From contig RHPI01000277.1 of NCBI GenBank assembly GCA_009103225.1, positions 766,074 through 830,073 of the forward strand: a stretch of DNA of 64,000 nt, given 5' to 3'. Origin of the DNA: Chlorokybus atmophyticus (lineage: Eukaryota > Plantae > Mesostigma and Chlorokybus algae). How positions within the stretch are numbered: the first letter of the stretch is position 1; every line of letters begins with the position of its first letter. The notes below the pieces were generated by a model, which had not been told where the DNA came from, ran no database searches, and worked only from the letters and a program-made list of their open reading frames with translations. Both the position numbers and the translations under genes were made by a program. Shown here piece by piece: positions 13,475 through 26,200 of this stretch.

Positions 13475-14587
13475 GCGGGGTGTATACTTGTATAGCATGG
13501 TTTGATGATCAAACGGAAGTGTTGATAGATCTCGGACCGGTAACATTACAGACAATTGCACGCATTGGATGTGCGTGCTAATGGCTGTATGCATGCATGC
13601 ATGTATATCATGCAGCAACAGAGTACATCAAATGCGTAGTGTACAAAAGATGGTGTGTTAGATTAGTGTGAATGCACATGCATAGAACATGCAATGAACA
13701 CGGCAAGAGCACAGCAACACATAGTACCATAGTACCATACCCTTTATATACACAGCCACTGTCACTAGCAGCGTTTTCAGTTGAAGTTCACCACCGGGCT
13801 ACAAGTATTCTGTACTTATTCTACCACCGAGTAAGTCATGCAAGTTAGTACATGCGGATTCAAATTACCTGCCCACACGGGCTGTGCGCATGTCCATATG
13901 CCTTACATTAGCGTAGGTTAGAACAAAGCATGTGTACCGGAGCACCCCCTACGCAGTACATAACGTGCACCACAGCAGTATTCATTGTTGTACAAGTATA
14001 TTGAGTTCCATGCTACACGCAAGCACGCGCACTTTGCCATATACACATCCATGGTTGGGACGCAACCAATGTGCATCCTTGGATGCATGCTGCACCTGGC
14101 TATATGTAATTATACACGGCCAGGCTAACAGTGCTGCATATGCTCTACATCTTCCTCTTTGCTCGCAAGCCACGCATCAGCGAACAGCTGATGCGTGATC
14201 ATGCACAACCGTGTCAATGTACTTACATCAGCACACATCACTACTATGTTGAATATGACGTTTAGAGTATTGCTGATAGGATTATGCTAACCGTGCCAGC
14301 AACAGTACATAACAGAGACCAAAGGCTTGCAGGCACATCTCAAACAGTCATCTCACACTTGCAACCATTCACTGCGGCAGCGAAGGCCAACACAGAACCC
14401 AGCCTGTCTCATCCAACCCAGCCTCCAACACTTCAAGCTTGGCCTGTGGCCACACGCCTCCTTCACGGCAAAGCCCTTGCAAACCTCAACACGTCCACTT
14501 CCCATATGTACACCCTCTTCTGTCACCTAACACAGCAAACCTGCCACAACAACCTGTAGACTACCCCTTTCATTCTGTACTGTGTGG

Positions 14588-15463
14588 TCACCCACGGACG
14601 GGTATGCCGAGGTCCCGGAACATACGCAGCAGCATGCCATCCTCCATCAACGCCATCACTTCATCGTGACCACCAACATGCTGACCTCCTGAATGTGGTA
14701 ACTCTTTCAGCTTGCACATGTGGATACTGGTTGCTCATTTAGTTGTTGTTATGCGATATCCGCATGCGGTAGTAGTGCAACTGGCATGCATGGGTCTTAC
14801 AACTCACCTATCCATACGTTTGGGACAGTGGTGCGCACGGTCAGCTCACCAAGCGCCAGCTGCCATGCGTCGGTGTCATCTGCCATGGCTTTGTGTAAGT
14901 GTGTGTGGTCAACTGAACAGGTCTAACTCCAACATAAGCGCATGCGTGCGTGTGGGTATGCACAGCATGTGAGTGTTGTCAATCACCGAGTTGAAACAAA
15001 AGTTTTCTGGTTCAACTGAGAGCGCTTACACGATATCTGCTATCTCTTCGTTTGAAAGCTATATCAGAACTTTTGATGCATGATTTGTAACATGCTGCAT
15101 ATCGGTAGATGCATGACGCGCACCTTCTGTGTCGATCATGACGTCGTTGTAAGGGACGCGAAGGTCTTTCAGCAGCTGCCTCACTCGCGCTGAGTACCTG
15201 GGCGCCACGCTCTGGGAGTCAGTCTTGTCCTATGCGCCCTCTACTGCTAATACTCAGCAACATGTCACACACAAATACATGTGGCACGAACTCCATGAGG
15301 CAAGTCTCTCTTACGGGCAGTAGCTCTTGGTGAAGAGCTGCACAGGATTCTCCTGGACAAGCTGCCCGATGCGCAGCATGATAGGCGCCACGGCTGGCGG
15401 CAGCTCCAAGATGGGGTCTGCGGCGCCCGTCAGGCCAATGGGTGGAATTCCCAGCGTCGCCAT
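14588..15463 (-). CDS. Glutaredoxin with CPYS active site, 4 coding exons
   Basis: Spliced sequence VQLFTKSYCP|YSARVRQLL...RTTVPNVWIG|GQHVGGHDEVMAL contains the TVP and GG glutaredoxin motifs. An acceptor just upstream of the ATG implies further 5' exons. Confidence 0.9.
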
Positions 15464-16004
15464 GTTGCTGACTCCTGTCTTGTCAACTGCAGATGAGAGA
15501 AGTAAGTAAGGCGGTCCACAGAGCTGGTACTTTGCTGGTTTGCTGGCATGACACAGCAGATTCCAGGTTAGCGTGCATGATACAGCAAGCGGCTGTTTTG
15601 CTGCATCATGCACAACCTGTGCGTTACGTGTGCCTGTCTGCAAGGGTTGTACATGCACACACAAAGCATGCAAGCAGGAGTTGACGCTGGTAATCCTGTT
15701 GCCTAGACAGTAGCCAACGTTCATCATATAGAAACACAGCACGCATGCAAGCAAATATTGTTAGTGAGTGCGCTTATGCCAGTGCACCTGCTTGCAGCAA
15801 CGCATGACCTGCAACCTGTCTTATTTGCACAACTACCTTCGCAGCTTTACCTGCTTGTTTGGAAACAGCAATGGCTTGCTGGCGCCAACACCTGCCTCAC
15901 CTGTAGCTCACCTGCAACAACTTGGCGCAACTCGGGGTGCGAACGAAAGCCAACTGACTCAAACTACCTTTGCATCACCCTTTGCCAGTGCTTGTAGGCT
16001 TGAT

Positions 16005-16039
16005 GAGGTGGATTGTCGCCAGAGGCGACAATCCACCTC
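16005..16039. repeat. Perfect 16-bp inverted repeat with 3-nt loop
   Basis: GAGGTGGATTGTCGCC-AGA-GGCGACAATCCACCTC. Confidence 0.95.
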
Positions 16040-16622
16040 TAGATAACCTGACACAAAAGTGGCAGACGAAGCAGATACTGCTCTCACTTACACAAGGAGC
16101 ATGTTGAAAAGGCTGAACAACCTGGTGACGGACATCATCCCAAATTCATACACGTTACACCATGCTGTGTCAAACTCTCTGACATGCAACACGTGATGGC
16201 TGTCAGAAAAGTATTCGAAAGCCTGGCCCTTGTCAACTTCTCCTTCACAAGCTTGACACGCTCAGCAGAAACTCGAGCCGTCCTGCAGCGCAATCAACCA
16301 TGATGGATGGGTTGCACTGCACCAATCAAGCAGGGGCGATGGTCAAGCCGCAAGCCGTTCTAAACAGGCTGTGAGCCAAACCCACTCTTATTGACAGGGT
16401 CAAAGCACACCAAGCTGATCAGGTGCAAACCTACACCTACGTGTCTGGTCTCGCAGCAGACAAACCAATACCACAAAACTTTGAACTGCTCTGAGAGAGA
16501 ACAAAACCACCTATGTACAGTCTCTTATTGCATTGCATGATGGCAGCAGTTCACATCACCCGAGCTCCGCGCGTTGCTTATTGGACTGGTATCTCCCGAG
16601 GCTTCTGCTTAGCAGAGTGCTG

Positions 16623-18649
16623 CTACGCTGCGAGCTGCTGAAACACTTGGCCAAAAACGTCGGCGGGCTGGGCGCCGCTGACGCTGACCCGCTCACCGCT
16701 GCTGTCCCCAATGATGAAGTGCGGCACGCCCGACACACCCCGAGCGTAATGAGCCAGCTCCTGCAACACCTGCAACAACGCACAAGGAGTGAAATTAAAC
16801 AGGGCACAGACGAACGTGAAATCCAAGCAGTGATGACAGACAGCACGCATGCATCCATGTGCGTGGTTGGCTGTTGTGCAAGCAGGTGCGTATTGCGAAC
16901 TGTGCAACACCACACGATTGTTGCACACAACAATATCAAGTGATGCGTGAAAGAGTGTATGATATATATATATATATATATATATAGCACGCAAAGACAG
17001 CGAGGAGCAGTCTCACGTCATGTAATAGTGTGGCTAAGCCTGCGATGATTGAGCTCACCTCCTGCGTGCCTTGGCCTTCATCCCCAAGGAACTCCTCTGC
17101 ACCCTTCACTCCAACCTGCACACCATGCGGATGGTCATAACTGAACTACGGGAACGACGTACGTACAACGTTGATGGCAGCTGTTACACAATTGCAAAAA
17201 CTACAAGAGAATACCAGATCAGTCCCATGCTTTGACGGCACACCTTGTTTGCGGACTCAACCAGCGCCCGCCTGTCTCCAATGCATGTTTCCCTCACAAA
17301 GTACAGCTCAAAAAGCTCCTCTACGAGCGCATTCTGGAGCGCCGCACCGCCCTGCTGGCCTGCCAGCCAGATCAGGCGATGGCTGTCGAGCGTGTTGGCA
17401 CTGAACAGAGGAGCCACAGTGAGCAGCAGAAGATGACCAGCCAAATTACCAACTGCATGCAAGCTATTTCAGTAACTGTGGTAGCGGTTGCACTTACGTT
17501 TCGCCGTTCATTGAGAACTTGACACCGACGTTAGCCATGGCCTTAGACACACGTGCAACAATTGCCTCTGCCTGGTTGGTGAACCAGTTTTCATCAGTCG
17601 CATGACTTAGATGCTAGGAAGCAGACAGGTGCATGGACATTATGAACAAGCTATGAAAGTATCCTGACTACATAGATGTGTACATGTGCGTCGGCGAACG
17701 TGAATGGAGCGCAGATGTACTTGACTCTGGATTTGACACGAAACGCGTATCAAATCCAGAGTCAACTAATCGTACATGCTGCGCATGCACATTAAGTTGG
17801 CTCTGTATTTGATGTATATGTACTAAGTATATGACTGGTTAGTATATGACTAGTCAGTATATGACAAGTCAGTATATGCCTAGTCAGTCACGCCAGTTAT
17901 AAAGCATGACTGTACGTGAGAATGGTTGCTATAAAAAACGAGAAGTGTACAGCGAGGGCATCTTACCTGCTGAGGCCCGAACTTCGCGAGATACCTCTCC
18001 CACTTGTTGACACACTCCTTGGGCATGGACGGGTCCAGCATATACGGCCGCCAGTTCACCTGCGCCCGAAAGTGGCATGCAATGTCATGTCCACGATGGG
18101 TTTTCTTTGTGCAATCTGATTGTGTTACATGCATGAGTCACTGAAGCGAGCGGCATGCGGTGCGTGGTTACTCGACCTTGCGTTGTTCACAACATGTACA
18201 CGTGTGATTAGAACCAGCAAATGCCGGACACTCAACGCAGTTAAGACGTGTTTATAAAGCACCGAGTCGCGTGCCGACAGCACAGGCGAATGCCTCTACA
18301 GTCATCAGGTTGTGATCAGCTCCTTGTAGCGCTAAGCACGCAAACAGAGGTAGACAGACAAGCGCTCGCACTGTTCTCGCTACTCTTCCACCACTACTGA
18401 ACTTACCTCAAAGTCGAACTTGTCCTTGTGCTTATCCATCGCCGCCTCCAGGTTCTTCTTTCCAACGAAGCACCAGGGGCAGATGGTGTCCGACACAACG
18501 TCAATCTTCACCTTAGGCGCCGCCATGGCTGCAGTCGCAGATGACGACAAGGATGAAGACACTGCCCAGCGACGCCCCCTACTCAGCGCTACCGCCCTCA
18601 GCGACCGCAGCGACAGCCCTGGCGACGTCGCCGGCAACACCCTCAGCAT
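16623..18649 (-). CDS. DsbA/FrnE-like thioredoxin-fold protein with probable organellar transit peptide, 6 exons
   Basis: KIDVVSDTICPWCFVGKKNL, VNWRPYMLDP, ANTLDSHRLI and GVSGVPHFII...VSGAQP. The N-terminus is rich in Arg/Ser/Ala. Confidence 0.92.
17709..17784. repeat. Long imperfect hairpin with a 16-bp perfect core, in DsbA-like intron 17572-17966
   Basis: TTGACTCTGGATTTGA (17721-17736) pairs with TCAAATCCAGAGTCAA (17750-17765). Outer arms are GCGCAGATGTAC and GTACATGCTGCGC. Confidence 0.9.
17826..17888. repeat. 15-bp minisatellite (AGTATATGACTAGTC), about 4 copies
   Basis: Directly visible imperfect tandem copies. Confidence 0.9.
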
Positions 18650-19245
18650 GGCGGAGGGTGCATGCGGTGCCTTAACGCCCTGCTCAACAGCCTTAACACA
18701 TTGAGAGGAGTGCTTTCAGTGGCTTAACGCACCAGCCTGCCAGCTGGCAGGTACAAGCACTCGCACAGCTTGTGCATCCGTAAGGTGCACAAGACGCACA
18801 AAAATTGTGCGCCACAGTGCCCTCCAACGATAAACTCCAATGATTTCACTTGAATCTTGTCCTTATCCGCCACGTCGGCAGATCAGCACATTACACAATG
18901 GCTGCTAAACGGTGGCGCGCGCTGCTGTGGCCGCAGCAAACCCGCTCCCGGGCATCCTGCTACGCGATCTGACACTCACTATCAGCGGTCAGCCTGCCTT
19001 CGATGCATGCAATCAAGCATTGATGCCACTCAGGCTGTGTGGTTGTGTGTGCAAAGCAAAGCTCTTCGCGTGACAACAGCGCAAGCTTGTGCTTACAGAG
19101 ACATGCTTAGGCCCTACATAAGCACTTTGTGTTCAACAGGTGTTTGAGGCGAGTGAGGTTTTATTGTGCGACAGAGTTTAGTTTGTTGCTGCTAAAGCAT
19201 TAGCTTGTGAACAGAGGCGGGTTGAGAGATCAGGTCACTGTCAGG

Positions 19246-21516
19246 ATGGTGGGTCTTCAGGGTCAGACTGCGGTTATCACAGGCGGAACCAAGGGCATTG
19301 GCGAGGCGCTTGCTCTGCGCCTTGCCCGAGCTGGTGTCAATGTCGTCGTCGCCGGCAGGAGCGCTGACAACGGCGAGAAGGTAAGAAATTAAAATGCTAA
19401 GGTGCATGCATGACGGTGTGCTATGTTGAGTGTTATGTTACCAGTGCTTTCAATGGGAAAGGTAGCAGTAACTCATGCTTATCGTCGTGTGCGTGCACAG
19501 GTTGCACAGCAGGTGACGGCCCTGGGTGGCAAGGGCCTGTTTGTTCAGATGGACGCACGCAGTCATGAGAGTGTGGCGCATCTTGTGCGCGCTGCTGAGA
19601 GCGAGTTTGGTGGGATTGACCACTTCATCAACAACGGCGGCATCGACCATGTTAGCAAGATTGAAGATGAGGACCCTGTAAGCATGGTTTGGACACTTCT
19701 TTGCTCAAGTTGATACCAGTGTTACTGACCCCACAGTTGTCTTGCAGGCTGCAGTAGAGGCTTTGTACTCGACCAACGTGATGGGCTACGTATGGGGCAT
19801 GAAGTATGCTTTGCCAGCATTGCGGCGCCGAGGAGGAGGCACCATTATCAACGTTTCTTCGGTGGCTGCTGCCATGCCCACACCTATGAACGCTGTGTAC
19901 TGCTCATCGAAGGCAAGTGTCCCGTCAGGGCCTCCTAATTATTGCACGCAACTCTATCAATTTCCAGTATTGATCCGCTATGTTGATCACAGGCTGCCGT
20001 GGACATGTTGACCCGATGTGTGGCAGTGGACGTGGAGAAGGAGCCCATTCGTGTGATCAGGTCAGGCTAGTCCAGTTATGCGTACACCACTCACTCCGGG
20101 TTGCAGTTTGCTCACGCGCTTCGGTGACCATTGCAGCGCCAATCCATATGCAGTGAGGACAGACATGGGTGGTGGCATCGCGGTGGCAGGCAAGGAGGCT
20201 TTTGGTGTTGACGACTACTCTGGTTTTGCCAAGCGCGTCAACCCCAGCGGACGGGAGGAGTCACCTGATGAGGTCGCTCAAGTCATTGAGCAGGTAGAGC
20301 AGCCCAGAGTTGCATGTCTAAGTGTAAACGGTTATGTATACCTGGATCTGTGCATGCAAGGCATGATCTAACAGGCATGCACGCAGATGCTGCTGGGCAA
20401 GTTCAACTCTGGAGACTGCATTGCAATTGATGCCGGCCCGCAAACCAACCCAATGAGTGACTTCTACTCTAAGGCTGCTATGGGTGTTCACTACGCTAAG
20501 GCGCGCACAGTTGGTAGCGCACAGACAGCTGCCGAGACACTGTCTGATGCAGCACAGGTACGTGCAGGAGATATGGTTGTATGAGTGTAGACTGTCCCTG
20601 CCAGATGTGGTTCCTTACTTTTGCAGCTGTGCAAGCACAACAGTAGAGCTTGCAGGGTGAATATGTATTCATGGCTATTGTGGCACTGGCAGGTTGCAAA
20701 GGAGAAAACGATGGCAGCTGCTCAACAAGTGTCATCAACAGCTCAGGTGGGTGTGTTTGACATGCTCATCAACGACGGTTGAATTCATGGTATTCATGGC
20801 TGCTGTTGTGGCACTGGCAGGTTGCAAAGGAGAAAACTATGGCAGGTGCACAGACAGCAGCTGAGACACTGTCCGACGCAGCACAGGTACGTGCAGGCGA
20901 TCTGATAATGTTGTTGTCTATGGTCACTCTACTGGATGTGGTTTTCCTATTTTCGCAGCTGTGCAAGCATATTGGTAGGTATTGCATGGTTGAAGTCATT
21001 GTATTCATGGCTTTTCTCTGTGGCAGGTTGCAAAGGAAAAAACTATGGCTGCAGCCCAACAAGTGTCATCAACAGCTCAGGTGGGTGTGTTCAACAAGCT
21101 TATCAACGATCATTAAGATTGTTGAACCATGGCTGCTGATGTGGCACTGACAGGTTGCAAAGGAGAAGACTATGGCAGCTGCCCAACAAGTGTCATCAAC
21201 AGCCCAGGTGGGTGTAACCGTCAAGGCTTAACAATGTGAACGTGCAGTACTGTCAAGTTGCTGACTGATTGCAATTCGCAAGCATCCGCAGGTTGCATAT
21301 CAGAAAGTTGCAGAGGTGACCAAGGCTGGATATGATACGGTGGCGCAGAAGATGAGCGAGCTGACCACAACGGAGAAGCGCGCAGCTGAGAGTACATCAC
21401 CTGCTGGCAGTCAGCCGGTTGTTGTCACCCAGCCGGCTGTTGTCACCGAGGCGGTTGTTGTCAGTGAACCGGTTGTTGTTATGCCCCCGGTTGTTGGCAG
21501 TCATCCCATGGCGTAA
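19246..21516 (+). CDS. Short-chain dehydrogenase/reductase with C-terminal LEA-like repeat extension, 11 exons
   Basis: TAVITGGTKGIG, NNGG, IINVSS and catalytic YCSSK. These are followed by repeat exons at 20693-20746, 20821-20886, 21027-21080 and 21154-21207, and a last exon at 21292-21516. Confidence 0.92.
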
Positions 21517-22361
21517 ATGTGGCAGTAACTGCTCGCTTTTGTGGATGTAGACGTAGAACTAGTCCATTTCTGTGCAGAGATATTTGAGATACGCGACGAT
21601 ATCTGTACAATATGTATCATATCAAGCACCTGGGCTATTGTGCTGCCCTGTTTATTGAGGGTGCTTTGCATGTAATGAGCGAGTACTTGTGAGTGCAGTA
21701 TCGTTGGGTTATGATTGTTTCTACATATGACGACCTCTTTCACAAGGCATGTACTCTGGCATGGTGCAGTTGCATGCGCCAACATTTGTGAAGGTGTTCA
21801 CTGAATTTGGGCTATGCCAATATTATAGTATCTTTGTGTAGTTGCAATGCAGCTACCACATCGTACAGCACAGCATAGTAACAGCAGAACATACGCAGTG
21901 CATACCCATTGTGCAGGTTGTCATCAAGGTATATGTGGCCTAGCTGCAGGTTACTTCATGGCATGTCTTCATCCTCTCATTTACTTCCAACCTTGTACCC
22001 ACCTTTGCATAGAGAATGGCATATCACCAGCAGCAGCTGTGGCCATGCTTGTAATGCATGCAAGTGAACTGTACTAACAGAAGTTGTATGCTAGCGCCAA
22101 GGCCTACACCTGCACCCTACAACTAGCGTCTCCTTTGCTCTCCTTGCACTGCGATACACATCAATTATCCCCCCGCAAACTGCCTTGCCTACCTTTGCTT
22201 CTCCTTGGCTGGAGCTTGGCTGTATGAGAGGGTACGAGCATGCTCCTGTATATGTATGGCAAAGACGTGCATATTGGCTCTCGCGATGCTGTGTGAGCGC
22301 CTGCACGTGCTTCGACACTGCTTGTCCCCGAGTCCTTGTGCTATTGTACTATTACCTATCA

Positions 22362-22590
22362 CAGCATCCCGTCACTGCTGTAGGACTTGACGCACACAAG
22401 GTTGCACAACTTTTCCTGTCCAGATGATGGGCAATGCGTTGAGCAGTAACTTTTTTGCACTTTCCACTACTACCGGTCGCAGCATCCCGTCACTGCTGTA
22501 GGACTTGACGTATATAATATTGTACATAGTACTCTTCTCAGGTGTTGGGCAGTGCGAGCAGTAACTTTTTCCGCACTTTCTCCCCCCAAG
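22362..22590. repeat. Diverged tandem duplication of about 118 bp
   Basis: CAGCATCCCGTCACTGCTGTAGGACTTGACG occurs at 22362 and 22480, each followed by GAGCAGTAACTTTTT...GCACTTT. Confidence 0.85.
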
Positions 22591-23257
22591 TCACGACGTT
22601 TCAACCCAACCAAGTGTCGCGCTCCTCACTCGGTGCTGCGAGAAGCACACAGCCAGCGTGACGCATGGATGCCTCTGCAGGGCAGGCGAGCCTCGCAACC
22701 AAGCTGACGAAGCATACGCGTACGAGCATAGGTGTACTGCATGCTTGACGCTATATGATGCATGCAGCATATGCAGAACGGCCTGCAGCGGCGGCGGCGA
22801 TGAGGCTGGAGGCGGAGGGAGGGTGAGAGCAAGGGAAGTCGCTGAAGTGCTGTTCGTGGTGCTAGTGTCTGTACTGGTGCTGGTGCTGGGCTGGAGAGTT
22901 GCTGGTGTTCGTGCTTGTGCGAGTGCCTGCACAGGCAGTCGACGGCAGCTTGGCTTAGGTAAGGTAGCAGATGAAGCAGGCGAGCTGTCTGGGCTGTTGC
23001 TGTTGCTGTATTTGCTGCTTCTGCTGTTAGCGCTTGAAAAGGCATCAGCAGCTGCAGTTGGCATACCAGCTGGCAGATTGTTGTCTGCATGGGCAGGCAT
23101 GCTGCATTAGCACTCGGTGTGAAGCTGTTTCATCTGTTAGTTTACCTGCCTCATGTGGTGTTTAGAAGCTGACAAGAACTGTGTTTCCGTGCGGCACAGG
23201 TCAGGCTTGCTGTGTTCAGATCCCAGCAGACGCTCGTAGCAAGCTTTGCTGGCAGCC

Positions 23258-26200
23258 ATGCCAGGTAAATGCACGAGCAGCAAGGTGCTATTGTCTTTGT
23301 TGTTGTTGGATATGCTTTCAATAGACCGCAATCAACGTGTGTGTATCGAATGCAGCAGCCGCGGATGGAGTTGCTGAGCCCCAAGCCAACAACAATGCGA
23401 ACGCAACCACGGCCAAGCCAAAAAACCCTCCGCCTTTGGCATCCACCCCACCTGCAGGTGAGCATTGGTGTCCACACCACCTTGCTGCCGCTGGTGTTGT
23501 CATATTGTCGTTGTTGTCTTGGTTGGTTGGGTCCGCAGTCTGTTTTCCCGTGACATGAGAAACACACATCATGACGTTGGCTGCCTATCGGATGACCAAA
23601 CCTGGGCATGCGGGTACCCATGCCGCGTATTTATTCTGACTGTTGGTGACCAGAGACAGAAAATGACTGTGGTTGTTGTAGTTGTAGTGGCAGATGGTCA
23701 CGACAAAACGAAGCAGGAGAACACCGTAATGCCGGCGTCAGAATGGAATGTCTGGAAGCGCGCGTGGTTCTTCGTTTCCAATCTCGGCAGTTACTCGCTG
23801 ACGGAGGTGTTCTACATACTGCCTTTGCTTGCATTTTTGCTTGGCAGACTGATCCCCGCAAACCAACGCGATCCCATATTCACCTGGGTGGACGGAGCTT
23901 GCCGCAGTGTATTTTACAGACTCTACGGTGAGTTGCTCAGAGGCTAGTTGCACAGCGCATCGCATGATAGTAAGACTTGTCCGCATACTTGATGCACAGG
24001 GCAGCCGAGGAGTATTTGTACCTACCACACTAACACTAATTGTTGCGATAATCTGACAGGTGGCTACGAATTTGTAGAGCAGGCTGCACCGGACGGCCCT
24101 GTTGGCCCGGTTGGTACAGTGTCTCGTAGGACACTGTCCTTGTCCTTGTGTTGGTGTGGTGGTGGTGGTCAGTATGCACCATGCTGCTTGTGATGATGCG
24201 ATCCGGTTCTGTTGCACTCAGGTCACTACATTGCAGTTGAGGGCGTTCCCGCTGCCATTCAGTAGCCTGCACGCCCATGTGTTACTATCTTGGTTTGAGC
24301 AACAAAAACAGTTGCATGGGGTTTCTGACTGCGGAGCGTCGCAGGTGACCAGCATTGGAAGCATGCAGACTCCTGTACATCAAGAGCCCTCGAAGTACTC
24401 GTTTGTCGGTTACATGGGGATGCGCCTGATGCGTCGCTTTTTTGGACCTCAACCAGATATGACGTTTTTACAGGGCTTTCCAGGGTCTGCTGAGGTGACG
24501 CTCAAATGGCTCAAAGGGCACAAGCGACTGTTGCATGTTACACGCAGACAAGAGTTGAAACAACATATTCTGTATGCCGTGCGGCTCGCAGCTGACAGCA
24601 GTGAGGGCTCGTAGTCTTGCCTTCTTTGCATCGCTGGCGTACGAAGACTGGCCTGTGGCTCGTGACATCGTGACCAACCGGTTGCGGGAGTTTCTTGGCA
24701 CAGATGCTGAATGGTGTGCAGGTCAGCAATCTGCTTGTGCTTGCATCAGATCTCAATGCAGTTGAGCCCTTTGTGCGATCTGCAGTTTACAAACTTTGCA
24801 TTTTTACTGCCACTGACTTCACACAATAAGCATTGCAGGGTTCACCTTCCAGGAGTTGAGGCGCAGTACAGCGCATAGTGACACTCAAGTGCTTGGTGGA
24901 GTCACGCAACTGGGTTCAGGTTTGTACTTGATTGACATGTGCATGTCAGGTGCTCAGGGATTTGCGGTTTATGAACCTAATTATGAACCTAATTGTCATT
25001 GCTTGCACAGGTGAGCTTGGAACTGAGGCGTACGTCATCAAGATTGGCGATTCAGTTGTCGTTGGGTTTCGCGGCAGTGAAGTCTGGAAGTTGATTGACT
25101 GGTATGCCTACACACAGTTGTCCTTGAGTCTCCAAACCACTGTATGTATGCATTCATGCCAAGGGTTTTGCTGGGCACTAGGAAGCCACATGCGTGTGCC
25201 GCTCCCCCCCCCCGGCCCGCCTCCAACTTGCTGAAAGAGTCACTGATACGCATGTGCACAGGTTTGTGGACTTTGACGCCTGGCCAATGGACACCGATCA
25301 TGGGCGAACACATCCGGGGTTTTTGAATGCTCTTGGATTGGATAGGTAGGTGCCAACTGTCATCTACAGCGTACCTCAACATTAAGGGCATCGATGGTTC
25401 GCTTGGGCTTACAAAGCATTTTGCACTCCCATGGTAATGCTGCCTGCTTAGAGGTCATATCTCATTTCCAGGCACCTAGACAGCGCACTCGGTGCAACAA
25501 CGAAGTACAGGGCATTGCGTGCGGGAGATCCTGAAGAATCGGAGCATACCGAGAACGTCACGCCTTTTCAGCTGCTGTTGACTGAAGTTCAGAAAGCTAA
25601 GGGCGCCAAGATTTTCGTAACAGGCCACAGGTATCTGCCCCAGGGCACACAACACCGCAACGTACTTTGTACTCGCATATCACACTACATCAGCCCTTTG
25701 TGCATGACTGGTGCTTGAAGTTGTACACGTGTTGTGCTAACCGTACCGTCTGTTCACAGCCTTGGAGGCGCACTGGCTGCAATATTTACTGCTGCACTGA
25801 CAGATCGCTCCAAGCGCAAGGACCTTTCCGATAGATTCGGGGCTCTCTACACTTATGCAGCACCGCGCATAGGCGATTTCAACATGTGCAAATACTTGCA
25901 GGGAAGGTTCTCACTCATTCGTCCTTGATGCTAATGTAAGTGCTAATGATAGGGTAACATGCTTCACGAGGGTAACTGTGTGCACGCCGCAGGATGGCAC
26001 TCGTGATTTGTCTATGAAACAACCCAAAGTCGTTCGCTTCGTCAACACCAATGACATTGTACCTCGAGTGCCGCCTCCTATTGCAGAGGTATTGCTCAGG
26101 TGTCAGCAGCAGGAGAGCATGCAATGGTCTTAAATAGCAGTCCGCGTGAGCAGCTTTGTCTGTCCGCTGCACGCGTGCCCCCACACACAGGCATAGGCAC

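Noticed and set aside
20690-21210. Regularly spaced repeats resembling a CRISPR array
   Set aside because: The repeats are in-frame exons with splice sites, the spacers are homologous introns, the context is eukaryotic, and no cas genes are present.
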